DNA of 64,000 nt from Scenedesmus sp. PABB004 (Eukaryota): assembly GCA_014905635.1 (NCBI GenBank), contig JABVCE010000002.1, forward strand, positions 1,922,001-1,986,000. The letters run 5' to 3'. The notes under the pieces are model-generated. The model had not been told where the DNA came from and ran no database searches. It was given only the letters and a program-made list of their open reading frames with translations. This document shows, piece after piece, positions 50,827 to 63,845 of the stretch. How positions within the stretch are numbered: the first letter of the stretch is position 1; every line of letters starts with the position of its first letter. A program made the translations under genes and the position numbers.

Positions 50827-52546
50827 TCGCTGTCGTTCACGCCCGCCGGCGCCAGGCCCCGACAAGGCGCAGGCACCGCCAGCGGCACCGGCACCGCCAC
50901 CGGCACAGGCACCGCCAGTGGAATCTGCGGCGGCGGCGCAGCAAATGCGAGCGGCTGCTGCTGCAGCTGCTGCTGCTGGTGCTGCTGGCGCCGCTGCGTG
51001 AACTGTGCCTGCGCCAGCGGCTCCATCAGCTGGATGCCCGGCAGCTGCGCGGCGGCGCCGCTGGCGCCAGACGCGTACGCCGCCGGCGCGGCGCTCGACA
51101 TGGCCCTCGCCGCGTCGGCGGCGTCTGCGGCGGCCGCGGCGGCGGCCGCCTCGGCCGCCGCGTCCGCCGCGTACGGCGCTGGCGCGGGCACGCCCGCAAA
51201 CATGCTGGTCAGCCACGACGCGCCGTCCGACGCGTCGCTGCCGCCGCTGCCGTCGGACGCGACACCGATCGCCAGCCGCTCGTCGTCGTCGTCGTCGTCA
51301 CTGGCGCCGCCGCCGCCGCGGCCCACGCTGCTGCCGCGCTCGCTGCCCGCGGCGGCGCTCGGCCCCGCCAGCTCGTCCCGCCTGGCGGCCTTTGCTGCGG
51401 CGCGCCTGCGGCGCAGAGCGGCGCGGCGCCGGGGCTCGCCTCGGCCCTGCCAGCGCGGGCGCGCAAGCCAAGCAGCGCGCTGGCCCTGCGCGGCCGCGCA
51501 CTGGCGGCGGCCCCGCCCCGCCCCCGCCTCACTTGGCGTTTTTCTTGGCCGCCTTGGCGCTGGCCACCTTCTCTCGCTCCGGGTTGCGCCCCAGCGGGTC
51601 GGCCTTGGGCTCCTCCAGCGCCGCCAAGCCCGAGCTGCCCAGCGAGAGCAGCGACGCGCTGCGTGCGGGCAGCACGCGGCGCGCGGCGCGCGGCGGTCAG
51701 CGCCGGCACGGGCGGCCCAGACCCCCCTGCCCGCGCGCTGCCGCGCCGCCGCGCGGCCGCGCACGCACGTCGAGCCCAGCCGCTGCATGGCCTCGGCCGG
51801 CCGCGGCGGTGGCGGCGGTGGCTTGGGCTTGGCCGGCTTGACGGGCGCCGCGGCCGGCTTGCCGCCCGCGGCCGCCTTGGCCGCGGCCGCCGCCGCGGCG
51901 CCCTTCAACTTGGGCCCCGGCTTGGGCAGCGGCGCGGGCTGCGCGGCGCGGCGAGCGCGCGGTTAGCGCGCGGCCTGCCGCAGCCCGCCGCGGCCCGCCG
52001 CGCGGCACGCGCACCGGCGGCGGCGGCGGTGGCTTGGGGGCCGACTTGATCACAGGTTTCTGCATGTGAACGATCTTGCCCCTGCACTTCTGCTGCGCGA
52101 CGTCCTGCCCCGCCTTGCCCAGGCCACGGGGGCAGGGAAAGCCCGATTTGCGCGAGGGGTCCCAACTATTTGCGTGCGCGCGGGGCGGGCGGGGGCGGTG
52201 CGGTGAGTTGGCGCGCGCCGGTGCGCTGGGCGCGCGCGGCCCGAAGCGGCGGCCGCAGCGCTGCGGCCGCTCGCTTTTTGCCAGGAAAGCCGCGCAGGTA
52301 GCTCTTCACGCAGCGCTCGTGGATGAGCTCAGTCTCGCGCGGCGCGTGGCACTGGTTGCTGCACGTGAGCGCCATGCAGTCCTGGCGCGGCGCGGCGCGG
52401 CGCGGGTGAGCGACGGCTGCAGCGCGCGAGCGAGCGCCGGCTGCAGCGCTCGCGCCGTCGGGTGCGCACCAGCGGTCGTCCATAGGCTTGCCGCACCAGT
52501 CGCAGTTGGCGGGCGCCTCCTCCGCCGGCGCGGGGGGCGGCGCCAT
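50781..52546 (-). CDS. Hypothetical protein with an N-terminal C4HC3-like (RINGv/PHD-like) zinc finger and K/P/A-rich and acidic tail; ~5 introns
   Basis: CDWC..LTCSNQC..LIHERCVKSYL..GFPCPRG..KCRG, a KPAKPKPPPP linker, and the ending DDDELLALLLG-TGA. Confidence 0.65.
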
Positions 52547-53067
52547 GCTGCCGCTGCAGCGGTGCTGCGCTGTGCCGCCGCCGCCGCGGCGCGCGCCTCC
52601 CCGCGACGCCCGCCCCAACCGAGGCGAGGCGCTGACGCGCCGATCGACCGCAGCTGCTGGCAGGACGCCTCGCGCTGTGTTGCCGGCGCCGCTCGCTTCC
52701 GGACTCGCCGCCGCTGCTGCTGTCGCCGCGTGCCCCGGCCGGAGCGTGCTCCTGGCGGACGAGACAGAGCCGACCGCGCGCCCGAGCTGTGTCGTCTCGC
52801 GGGACCCCCAGGCGCCACGGCGGCCGCGAACGACGGCGCGTCGTTCGAGCGCTCAACCCTGCGCCGCTGCCCGTGTTGCGCGACCGCGCGCGCGCGCAGT
52901 CACCGTTTCGCCAGTCACGCGTAGATTACAGGGTCCATCCACAAGGGTCACGCGCGCGCGCCCGGCGCGGCGGCAGACTGCTGTTCGCCGCGCTGCGCGC
53001 CGCCCGCCCCGCCCCGCCAACGCCCAGCCCGCCCCGGCGCCGCCGGCCCCTCCGCAGCCAGCTGGCC

Positions 53068-55043
53068 CTAGCTGCTGAACATCTCGCCCAGTTTCTGGAA
53101 CACGCCCTGCGGCCCGCGGCGGCGGCAGAGGACGGCGCGCGTCGGCTCGGGCGTCGCCGCTCGCGCGCGTGCAAGGCCGCCGCCGTCCCCTCCGCAGACA
53201 CAGGCCCAGGCACACAGGCACACAGGCACGCACCTTGTAGGGCGTGTTAAGGTCGATGAAGTAGTCCTGCTTGCCGATGAGCCGCCGCGCCGCGTTCTCA
53301 AACGCGATGCCGCTGAGGCTCAGCTTCTTCTGCAGCACGAGCGGCTCGCCGCGGTTGGTGCTGATGATGACCTGCTGGTCCTCGGGGATCGCGCCCAGCA
53401 GCGGGATGCCCAGCATCTCCTGCAAGCGGCGCGAGGCGCCAGCGGGGGGCGTGAGCGCGGGCACGGGCGGCGCGCCGCCGCTCGGCTCCGCTCCGCGCCA
53501 CGCGTCCGACCAACCGACCGACCGCGCGTGGCCGCACCTGCACGTCCCGCACCGACATCATGTCATTTTTCTGGATCATGTCCGGGCGCACGCGGTTGAC
53601 CAGCAGCTTGGTGTTGTAGATGTTGTTGGCCTCGAGCAGCCCCGCGACGCGGTCGGCGTCCCTGCATCACGAGCGGGCGCGGGCGTCGGCGCCTGCGCCC
53701 ACGCCCTCCGCCGCCGCCGCCGCCTCCGTCTGCGAGGCCTGGGCACGCGCGCGCGCCCGCCCGCGCGCGCGCGCACCTGATGCTGGTGATCTCTGGCGTC
53801 GTGACGATGAGCGCCTCCTTGGCGGGCGAGATGGCGTTGATGAAGCCCACGTCGATGCCCGCGGGGCAGTCGATGAGCACGTACTGGTACCCCAGGCTCT
53901 GGATGCTCTCCACCAGCTGCTCCATGTGCTTGCGCGTGATATTGTACCTGCGCCGCGCCCGCAGCCAGGCAGACGCGCGTGGGCGGCCGTGCCGCGCGCG
54001 CGCGCGCGCGCCGCCGCGGGGCGCCGCTGGGCGCGCCCCGGCGCCGGCCCGCCGCGCGCACCGCTGCCTGTTCCGGCTGATGGACAGCAGGCTGAGGTTC
54101 TTCCAGCGCTTGTCGCGGATCAGCGCCTGGTCCAGCCTGCCCGGGCGCGGCGGCGCACGCGGCAGCAGGCGCGGCGTCGGCGGGCGCGGCGCACAGGGTG
54201 TGTGCTCGCCGGCCGCACGCGGCGGGGGGCGCTGACGTCGCACCTGCACTCGCCGTCCAGGATGTCGATCGCGGTGTACAGCACGCGGTTCTCCAGGCCC
54301 AGCAGCAGGTCCAGGTTGCGCAGGCCGATGTCGGCGTCGACCAGCGCCACCTTGTAGCCGAGCCTGCGGCGGGCGCGGGCCGCCAGCGCGACGGCGCGCG
54401 TTGGCGCGCCAGGCACGCCAGGAGGCAGCTGCGCGGCGCTCCGGCGGCAGCGGAGCAGCGAGCGCGTGCGCGCGCCGCTCCCGCCCCGCGCTGCCGCACC
54501 GCGCGATTGACATGCCCAGGTTGGCGGACGCCGTCGTCTTGCCCACACCGCCCTTGCCCGAGGTCACCACGATGACCCTGTTCTCGCCCGCATCGCCCGC
54601 GTCGCCCTCGCCCTCCGAGAAGCGCGCCGGCTGCACCGGCCGCGGCGCCGTCTGCACCCACGGCCTGCTCGGTGTGCTCACCACGCACCGGCGCGCCGGC
54701 AGCGCCTGCGGGCGCCGGGACGGGGCGGCGACGCGGGCTCGGCCGGCCCGTCGACGGCGGCCCGTGCGCCGGGTCCGGGGCGGGCGGGCGGGGCCGGCCA
54801 GTCTGCTGCGCATGTCGCCCCCGGCGCCCCCGGCCGCGCCGTGCCGCGGGCGCTCCCGGCGGGGCGCCCGGGGGTCTGGAAGCATCACTGCGCATGCGAG
54901 GGCGCGCGGGATCGAGCCCCCACCTGCCGCGCCAGGCCGGGGCCGGGAGACGGTTGCCTGAGACTGTTGCAGCGCCCAGCCCGCGGCGCCAACCCCTCCA
55001 GCCGGCTGCCCGCCGCCTGAGCCGCGCCAGCGGTGAGCGCCAT
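53068..55043 (-). CDS. MIND: Plastid division ATPase MinD, nuclear-encoded with a transit peptide; ~6 introns
   Basis: VIVVTSGKGGVGKTTASANLG, DADIGLRNLDLLLGLENR, IDCPAGID, VTTPEITSI|RDADRV and the amphipathic end GVFQKLGEMFSS-TAG. Confidence 0.97.
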
Positions 55044-55499
55044 GGTCTGCCGGCGCGCCGCGCGGCGCCTTGTGCCCTGGGCGCGGGGGGAGGGCGCGCG
55101 ATGGCCCCAACAGTCGGGCGGCGTCTGGCGCGCGCAGCGGCTTGCGGGGCGGCCCGGGGCGGCGAGCGCGCGCGTGTGGCGAGCCGTCGGCGCGGCGCGT
55201 GGCGCGGGCGCGCGTCGCGGGCGGGTTTGAAAGGGCTGTCAAAGAAAATAACAACCAACCAGGGCCCGCCAGCTGTGCACGGTGTGGGGGAAGCACGGAG
55301 GAGCACCTGGGCACGGCCGCACACGCGTGGGCGCGGAGGCGCCGCGCGCGCGAGCGGCGGCGGGCGCCGCGCGCGCGCGCACGGCCGCCGGGCGCGTTGC
55401 GAGCCGCCCGCAGACCCGGAGGGCTCGTTACCACCAGACCCGGGGCCCACCGCGCTGCCGCTGCAGCGCGGCCCGGGCGCGCGCTGCCACGGCGCCACC

Positions 55500-56444
55500 T
55501 CAGCCGAGCGCGGCGGCGCCGCTGCTGGCGGCCTGCTGCGCCTGCATCGACCGGAGCTTGTCCTGCAGGACGGCCGTGACCTGGCCCAGCGCGTTGCGCC
55601 GGTCCTGCACCACCTGCGGCGCCGGCGGGGCGGGGGCGACTGCGACCGCGCCGGCGCCGGGGCTGCGGGCGCGCCGCGCGGCCGGGTACGCGCGCCGGGC
55701 CCGCCCGCGCCCGCCGTCGCGTGCGGGGCGCGCACCTGCTGCACGGCCTGCTGCTGCTTCTGCAGGAACAGCACCTTGCGCCTGCAGTAGTCGGTGGCCT
55801 GCTCCGTCGACATCTGCGCGCCGCAGCGGCAGCGGCGGCGAGCGAGTCGCAGGGGGGCCCCTGCGCCTGGCGCGCTGCCCCCCCCCCCCCGCGCCGGTGT
55901 TCCCAGCAGCTGCGCGCCTGCACGTAGTAGTCGGTGCCGATGTTGACCAGCACGCTGTCGGTCGCCGCGACCTGGCCCTTGACGTAGAGCGAGCTCGTGA
56001 GCGGCAGCAGCAGCGGCTGGTCTGCGGCGCGGCCAAAGCGGACAGGCGGAGGCCGCGGCGCCGGTCGGCGGCGCGGCGCGGCGGCGGGGCGCGCCGCGCG
56101 ACGGCGGCGGGAACGCGGCGCGGCGCTCATGCGAGGCCCGCAGCGCCGCGCCGCTGCGGCGGGCGCTGGACCGGGAGGCCCTGCGCCTGTGCAAGCGCCC
56201 GCGCTCCTTGATCCCGCGGCGCGGCCGCCGCGGCGCCCCGCGCACCGGGCTTCGCCTCGCCCAGCGTCTCCACCGCGCGCGCTGCGTTGCTGGATCGCGT
56301 CGCCAGGCGTCCCAGCGTGGCGTGGCTGTCGATCAGGTCCTCCACCTCGCCCGCCAGCGTCTCGCGCAGCTTGGAGAGCTGCTGCGGGCCGAGGCTCGAG
56401 ATGGGAATCGAGTCCGGCTGCTGCTTCTTGTCCGCAGACGCCAT
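55500..56444 (-). CDS. PFD5: Prefoldin alpha subunit 5; 3 introns
   Basis: LGPQQLSKLRETL..|DQPLLLPLTSSLYVKGQV..VLVNIGTDYYVQ|MSTEQATDYCRRKV. Confidence 0.93.
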
Positions 56445-56846
56445 GGCGCGCGCGCCTCTCGCCGGAGCACAGAACGACTAAGCGCAGCGGTGCTGCTGCG
56501 CCCGGCGGGGGGGGGGGCGCCCGAGGAGCGGGGGCGGCGCGTGCGCTTGCTGCGTGCGCTTGCGGGCGGCGGCGGACGGCGGCGGCGGCGCGCGGTCGAG
56601 CAAGGGGACCTGGGCAGCTTGCTGTGCACCGCCCGGCGGCGGTCTGCGCCTGCTGCGCTGAGCCCTGGCGGTTGCGCCGGTTGCGCCGCGAGCCCGGCCG
56701 ACACGCCGACGGCCCCGCCGGTGCGCCCTCTGAGCCCCCAGACCGGCCGTCCCGCCCCAAGCACCCGGCAGGCCGGCCGCCGCCCGTAGCGCGCCCCCCA
56801 CCAAGGCCGGGCGGCGCCGACAGCAGCGCCGCGCCCGCCGGCGAAA

Positions 56847-59800
56847 ATGTTCTTCGACGGCCGGGCCGGCCCCACGCGCCGCGTGGCGCTGGGCGGGCGG
56901 TCTCGGCAGGAGGAGACGCGCGATCAGGTGCTCGAGCGGACGCGGCTGGAGCGGGAGAAGCGCCAGCGCGCGCGGCTGGAGTTCGCGAGCGCGGTGGCCA
57001 TCCAGGCGCGCTGGCGCGCCCACGCCGCGGCCCGCGAGCATGCTCGTCGCCTTCGAGATGAGTGGGACGCGAGCTTCGCGGCGGCGCTGGCCGGGTGCGG
57101 CGCGCGCATGGCCGGGGGGCGCGCGGGAGCAGCAGACCTCTCGAGGCGCGCCCTCCACGCGCCCTCCTCACGCCCGCCCGCGCCCGCCACGCAGCGCGGA
57201 CGGCGAGGCGGTGCTGGCCAGCCAGCCTCGCTGCCTGGGCAGCCTGCTGTTCTTCTTCCGGCCGGCGGACAGCGGCGACGCGCGCCGCCTCGCGCTGGCG
57301 TGCCGCGCGCTGTGCCGCGCCGCGGCGGCGGGTGCGCGGGCGCCGCCGGCGGGCCCCGGGGGCGGCCGGGGGCGCGGGGCGGGCGGCACGGCGGCGCGGC
57401 GGCTGCGCAGCGGCGCGCCAGGCGCGGCACGACTTCCGCCCGCCCGCCGCCGCCGCGCAGGCAGCTGCCCGCTGCTGGTGGACGCGGCCGCCGCTGCGCT
57501 GACGGCGCCCGGCGCCGCGCAGGCGCCCGCGCCGGCGCCGGCGCCGGCGGGCGAGCGGGCCAGCCCCAGCGCGCAGCAGCTCGCGCTCGCCCGCGTCTGC
57601 CGGCTCGCACGCATCTGCCTCTCGTCGCTGGGCCCCGACGCCGCCGCACAGCTGTCCGCGCCGCTCGCGGCGCTCGCGGGCTCGCAGGCGCCGGCGGCGG
57701 CGCTCGCGGAGGCGCTGCTGCGGCTGTGCAACCCCGACGGCTGGCGGCCCGCGCTCGGGGGCCTCGCGCAGCCGCAGGCCGCGGCGAGCGCGGGCGCGGG
57801 CGCGGTGCTGGCGCACCTGTACCACCGCCGACTCTACGCGCACCTGGGGCGCCTGCTCGCGCTGCTGCCGCCCGGCTTCGCGGCCGCCAAGAGCAGCCTG
57901 GAGGTGCTCGCGACGCAGCTGACCGTGCGCGCCGTCACGCTGCATCTCGTGCCGGCGCGCATGCCGCCGCCGGCGGCGGGCGGCGGCCCCGGCGACGCCG
58001 CGCGCGGCGCAATGAGCCACGGCGTGAGCCAGCTGCTGCTCGTCCCCGACCTGTGGGCGCGCTGCGCCTCGCTCGCGCCGGTGTCGGGCCGGCTGTGCGC
58101 GCTCGCGGTCGCCGAGGTCGCGCGCCAGCCCGACGAGGCGGCGCTGCTGGCCGCGCTGCCGCACGGCGGCGCGGCGGGCGGCGCCGCGCTCGCGGCGTGG
58201 GTCGGCAACCTGCTCGCTGCGGTGGGCAGCGGCGTGCTGCTCAAGGGCGCAGACGGCGAGCAGGGCCTCGCGGCGCAGGCGGTGGCCGCGCTGGCGCTGC
58301 TGCACGGCGCCGCGGCGTCGCTGGCGGGCGCGCAGAAGCGCGCGGCGCGGCTGCAGCGGCAGGCGGCGGCGGCGAAGCGCAAGGTGCCCGCGGGCCCGCG
58401 CGACGCGCCGGGCGCGCCCGCGGCGCAGCCGGGCCGGGCCGCGCCTGCGTCCGCGTTTGTGCCGGGCGCCGGCTTTGTCGGCGCGGCGGCAGCGGCAGCG
58501 GAGGCGGGCGACAGCAGCGAGGACGGCGAGGCCATGGATGTGGACGCCGCCAGCAAAGCCGCCGAGCAGCCCGTCGTCGCGGCGTCCGCGTACGAGGCGG
58601 AGGGGGCGGCGCAGCACGGCGGCGGCGGCAACGCCTGCCTCGCGCTGCTCGCGGGCAGCAGCGCCGGCACGGCGCTGCTGCGTCGCCTCGTCGTGCTGCT
58701 GCTGCCGGCCACGAGCGCCGAGGAGTCGGGGCGGCTGCAGGAGCAGCTCGCCGCCAGCGCGCGCGGCGGCGAGGGCGGCGGCGCGGACGCCGCGCTGCTG
58801 CCGGGCGGCGCGGCGCAGCAGCAGCTGTGCGCGCTGCTGTGGCAGCTCAGCCGGCCCAAGCAGTACCGCCAGCGCGTGTGGCTCGGCCTCAGTGTCGGCG
58901 CACGCCTGGTGCCGCGGCTGTGGTTCAGCCACGTGCTGCCGCTGCACGCCGCGACGCCCGGCGGGCTGCTCGCGCTGCCGGGGGGCGGCTGGGTGCAGCC
59001 GCTGCTCGTGCTGGCGCAAGCGTACAGCGCGGCGCTGTCCTTCACGCACGTGGAGGACTTCTACGCCGAGTCGGCGCCGCTCGTGCCGCTGCGCCAGCTG
59101 TACGACCCCGCCGCGCCGAGCAGGGGCCTGCTGCTGCTGTTCAAGTCCGCGGTGTGGCAGGTGCGCGCCCGCAGCGCGCGGGGCGGCGGCCGTCACGGGG
59201 GGCGCCGGCGCCCGCTGCGCGCGCCGCCAGCCGGCCGCCGGCCGCGCCTCACCTGCCCGCCTCGCCTGCCCGCCGCGCCCCGCCGCTCCGCCGCTGCCTC
59301 GCAGGTGCTGTGGTGCGACACGTCCGCGCCGGCGGCGCCGGCGGCGGGCCAGGCGGCCGCGCAGCGCGCGGCGCAGGCGCTGAAGCGGTCGCTCGGCGAG
59401 CTCGGCGGCCTCCTGCTGAGCCAGCTGCACGACCGCAACTGCAGCCGCGCGTTCTGCCCGCCGGAGGCGTTCCTCGCAGACAGCCTGCCGCCGGGGCGGC
59501 TGCTGCAGGAGGTCGCGGCGCGCGGCGGCATCGAGGCGCTGATCGGCGCGGGCGGCAGCGACGACGACGACGCCGCGGCGACGCCCTGGGAGCAGCAGCA
59601 GCAGTGGCAGCGCGCGCGCCAGGCCGCGTCCGCGGGCGTCGCGCGCGCCGAGCCGGCGCCGGGCGCCGCGGGCGGCGCGGCCGCGGGCGGCGGCGACAGC
59701 AGCAGCTCAGACGACGACGACGACGGCGGCGGCGCCGGCGCAGCAGGCCGCGGCGCGCACCAGCAGGGGCGCAGCGGGAGCAGCGCCGGCGGGGCGGGCC

Positions 59801-62149
59801 CGCTCGCCGGCGGCGCGCCGCCGCCGGCCGCGGGCGCGAGCAGCCGCGTGTGGCTGGTTCTGCAGCACGCGCCGTGCCTCATCCCCTTTTCGGACCGCGT
59901 GCAGCTGTTCCAGGACGTCGTGAGCGCCGAGAAGGAGGCCGCGGCGGACGCGGAGCTCGCGGCGCGCGGCGGCGGCGGGGGCTTCATGTTTGATGACCCG
60001 CTCGACGCCATGATGATGGCCGGCGGCGAGGGACCCCGCTTCGTCACGATCCGGTGCGGCGGCGGCGCCGCCCCGGCGCGTCACGCGCGTGCCGGCGCGC
60101 GGCGCGGCGGCGGGCGCTGCTGGCTCATGCGCGCCACGCCGCCCGCCCCCCGCGCGCCCGCGCCAGGCGCGACCAGCTGCTTGACGACAGCTTCAGCCAG
60201 CTCTCCGCGATGGACCCGGACCGCCTCAAGGGCCGGCTGCGCATCTCGTACGTCAACGAGGCCGGCGTGCCAGAGGCGAGGCGCCGCGCCGCGCTCCACC
60301 GCGCCGCGCCGCGGCCCCAGCCGGGCCCGCCGCCGCGCCGGCTCAGGCCTGCTGGCCCCTGCTGACGCTGCTGACCCGGCCGGCCCCGCGCCGCGCAGGC
60401 GGGCATCGACGGCGGCGGTCTGTTCAAGGACTTCATGGAGGAGCTGCTCAAGCAGGGCTTCAGCCCCCAGGTGAGATAGAATAACCCTGCGCCGGGCCCG
60501 CGCCGCCGGCACGCGCCCGCTCACAGCGCGCGCGCGCGCGCTCACACAATGCACACGCCGCGGCCGCGCGCACACTCCGCACGCCGCAGTCGCACCTGTT
60601 TGCGGAGAACCCGCAGCACCAGCTCTACCCCAGCCCCGCCGCGCTCGGCGCCGCCCCGGACGCGGAGGGGCAGCTGCAGTTCCTCGGCCGCATGCTGGGC
60701 AAGTCCCTGTACGAGGGCATGCTGCTGGTGCGCACCACCGCGCCGCACCGCCGCGCCGAACAGTCCCCGCGGCGCGCGCGCGCCGCCGCCGCCGGCACCG
60801 CGCGCACGGCCTGCCGCCGCCGCCGGCGCCACCGCCCGCTCGCCCGCGCTATCACGCGCGGCGCGTGTTGTTATTGTTTTGACCACACGCAACCACGCAC
60901 ACGCACAACCACACGCACATCACGCGCAGGAGCTGCCGCTCGCGCGCTTCTTCCTCAAGAAGATGCGCGGCGGCGTGTGCGACATCAACGACCTGCCCAG
61001 CCTCGACCCCGAGGTCTACACCCACCTCCTCGCGCTGCGGCACTACACAGGTGCGCGCCGCCGCGCCGCGGCGCGGGCCGCGCGGGCGGGCGGCGCTGGG
61101 GCGATCGGGGGGAGGGGCAGGCAGGCAGGGGCTGGGGGCATGCAGGCCGCGCGGACGCGCGCGCGCAGGCCGCAGCCGCCGCTGCCGCCGCGCAGGCGAC
61201 TTTGCGGAGCTCTCGCTGACCTTCACGGTCGCGATCGCGAGCGCGGGCGGTGCGCCGGTCGAGGTGCCGTTGAAGCCGGGCGGGCGCGAGGCGGGCGTGA
61301 CGCGGGACAACGTCATCGAGTACGTCCACCGCCTGGCCGACTTCCGGCTGAACCGCCAGATGGACCGCCCCGCCGCTGCGTTCCTGCGGGGCTTCTTCGA
61401 GCTCATCAAGCCCCGCTGGGTGCGCATGTTCAACGAGGCAGAGCTCCAGGTGCGCGGCAGGCGGCGGGGGCGGCGCGGCAGCGCGGCAGCACGGCGGCGG
61501 CGGCGCGCCGACACCCGTGCCGTTTCTCGCTTCGCTCTCGCTCACTCTCTCCTCTCTCATGCACGCGCGCCAGATGCTGATCAGCGGGAGCGAGGAGGGC
61601 ATCGACGTGGCAGACCTCGAGGCGCACGTCAACTACGCGGGTGCGCACACCGCGCCCCCACGCCCGCGTGCCGCGCCCCCGCGCGCCGCGCCCGTGCCGC
61701 CCGCGCGCCGCCGGACGCCGCCCGGGCGCGCTGCGCGCGCGCGCTCACACCTCATCACACCTCACGTGACGCGTGCTCACCCCCCCCCCCCACACACACA
61801 CACACACTCACACACACACCGTGCCGCGCCAGGCGGGTACCACGAGCAGCACCCGGTCATCGGGCACCTCTGGGCGGCGGTGCGGGGCTTCTCCCCGGCG
61901 CAGCAGCGGTCGTTCCTCAAGTTTGTCACCTCCTGCTCGCGCGCGCCGCTGCTCGGCTTCGGGCACCTCGAGCCGCGCCTGTGCGTGCAGATGGCGGGCA
62001 GCGTGCTCGCGCCCGGCGCGCGCGTGCGGCTGCCGACCGCGGCGACGTGCATGAACCTGCTCAAGCTGCCCCCCTACGCCAGCCTGGAGGAGATGCGGGC
62101 AAAGCTGCTCTACGCCATCACCGCGGGCGCGGGCTTCGAGCTCAGCTGA
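56847..62149 (+). CDS. UPL6: HECT E3 ubiquitin ligase with an N-terminal IQ motif (UPL6/UBE3C-like); ~10 introns
   Basis: MFFDG..RVALGGRS..LERTRLEREKR, IQARWR, APCLIPFSDRVQLF, E|AGIDGGGLFKDF, FLKFVTSCSRAPLLGF and RLPTAATCMNLLKLPPY..GFELS-TGA. Confidence 0.95.
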
Positions 62150-62263
62150 GCGCGGGCGGGGCGCGACGGGCGGCGCGGCGCGTGCGGCGCGCGCGACGCG
62201 CTGCTGCGGGGAGTTGCAACCGTGGCCCTCGGAGCGCGGCGCGGCCGCGTGCAGGCCCGGCCA

Positions 62264-63359
62264 TCAGCCGCACGCGTCCTTGCCAGCACCCGCGCGCGCC
62301 GCAGCGCGAGGCGAGCGCAGCCGGCCGCCGCCGCCGCTGGCCGGGCCCCTTGCCTGGCTGCCGCCGCTTGGCGACGCCCTCCCCTGCTGCAGGCGCGGGT
62401 CCGGGCTCGGCTCGCGTGCGGCCAGCCGGGGCAGCCCCAGCACGCCCCGCAGACTCTGCTGCAGCTTGGCGTGCTGCGCCGTGTGCGTGAGCTCGAGGGA
62501 CAGCCTGGTCGCCTGCGCGCGCGAGCGCCGGTGAGGGCAAGCTTCGCGCGAGAGGCGCCGCCGGCCGCTGTCCGACGCGCGCGGCGAGCGCACCTGGCGG
62601 TGGCGAGCGAGCTGCTCCAGCTCGCGGCCCCTCTGCCGCTGCGCGGCCTGCAGCGCCGACGCCGCGCGCGCGGCGCCCGCCTCGCGCTCGCGCGCGTGGC
62701 GCGCGGCGAGCTGCGCGCGCTCGGCCGCCTGCTGGTCCGCGGCCTCGCTGCCGATGCGGCCGAGCTCCAGCCGCTCCAGCTCGTCCGCCGCGCGCTTCGC
62801 CTGCGCGGGGGCGCGGCCGGCGCGGCCGGCGCGCTCAGCCGGCCGCCGCTGCCCAGCGCGGCCGCCGAGCGCGTGGCGCACGCGCTGCGCTCGCGCACCG
62901 CGCCCGCCGCGTCGAACTTGCGCTGCGCGACGAGCGCGCGTTGCCTGTGGCGCATGTCGAGGAGCTGCGGCGAGAAGCGCGCGCGCGGCTGCGACGCCGC
63001 CTGCGCCGCCGCCAGCTCCGCCGCCTCGGCCGCCTGCCGGCCCAGCAGCGCGCGCGCCGCGCCGCGCAGCTCGCCCGCCAGGGCGGCCAGGCGGCGCGCC
63101 CACTTTTCGCTGAGCTCACACGCGGCGGCCTCGTGCGCGCCGACCGCGCGCCGGCCTGCGCGGCGATGAGCGCGGCCAGCACCGCCGCCTCGTGCGACAG
63201 CTTGAGCGCCGCCACCTCCCGCTCCGCCGCCGCTGCACCGCTGTAGTCGGCGGAGCGCCTGCACTCGTCCCGGCGCGCCTCGAGCGCCCGCAGGCGCGGC
63301 GGCGGCGCCAGAGCTGCCGGCAGCGCCGCCGGGCGTGCGGGGCTGCCGGCACGGCTCAT
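62264..63359 (-). CDS. Coiled-coil protein of unknown function; 2 introns and one apparent frame slip
   Basis: LEARRDECRRSADYSGAAAAEREV..PRARFSPQLLDMRHRQRALVAQRKFDAA..|AKRAADELERLE; heptad-rich, resembling a family recalled from flagellated protists. Confidence 0.6.
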
Positions 63360-63845
63360 GGCGAGCTCACAGTCGGCGGCTGGTCAGCGCGCGGGCGGCG
63401 CCACGAGCGTGGCCGGCGCGACCAGCGCGCGCCGGCGGCTGCTGGTCAGCGCGTGCGCTCCGCCGCAGGGCGGGCGCGGCTGCTTCCAATCCTCACACAA
63501 TGGAGCGCCGGAGCCGCGGGCCGCCGCCGCTGACGCGCCGCCCGAGCGCTGCGCCCTGCGCCGCCGCCGGCGCCGACGCCACGGCGCCGCCGCACGCGCT
63601 CAGTTCCCGCCCCGCACCTCCTCGCCCGCCGCAACTCACGCGCCACCGGGCGCCCCCGCCACCGCGCGCAGCGAGCAGCAAGGCGGCCTTGCCGGAGCAG
63701 CTCCCCGTCCGCACCGCCTGCGCTCCCGCGGCGCCCAGGGTGATGTGTGTCGACGACCGACCGTCCTAGCGTCGCGCGCCCGCTGGGTTCGGAGGCCGCC
63801 AGCCGCCCCCGCAGCAGGCAATCGCAGCAGCAGCAGCCCGCTGCC

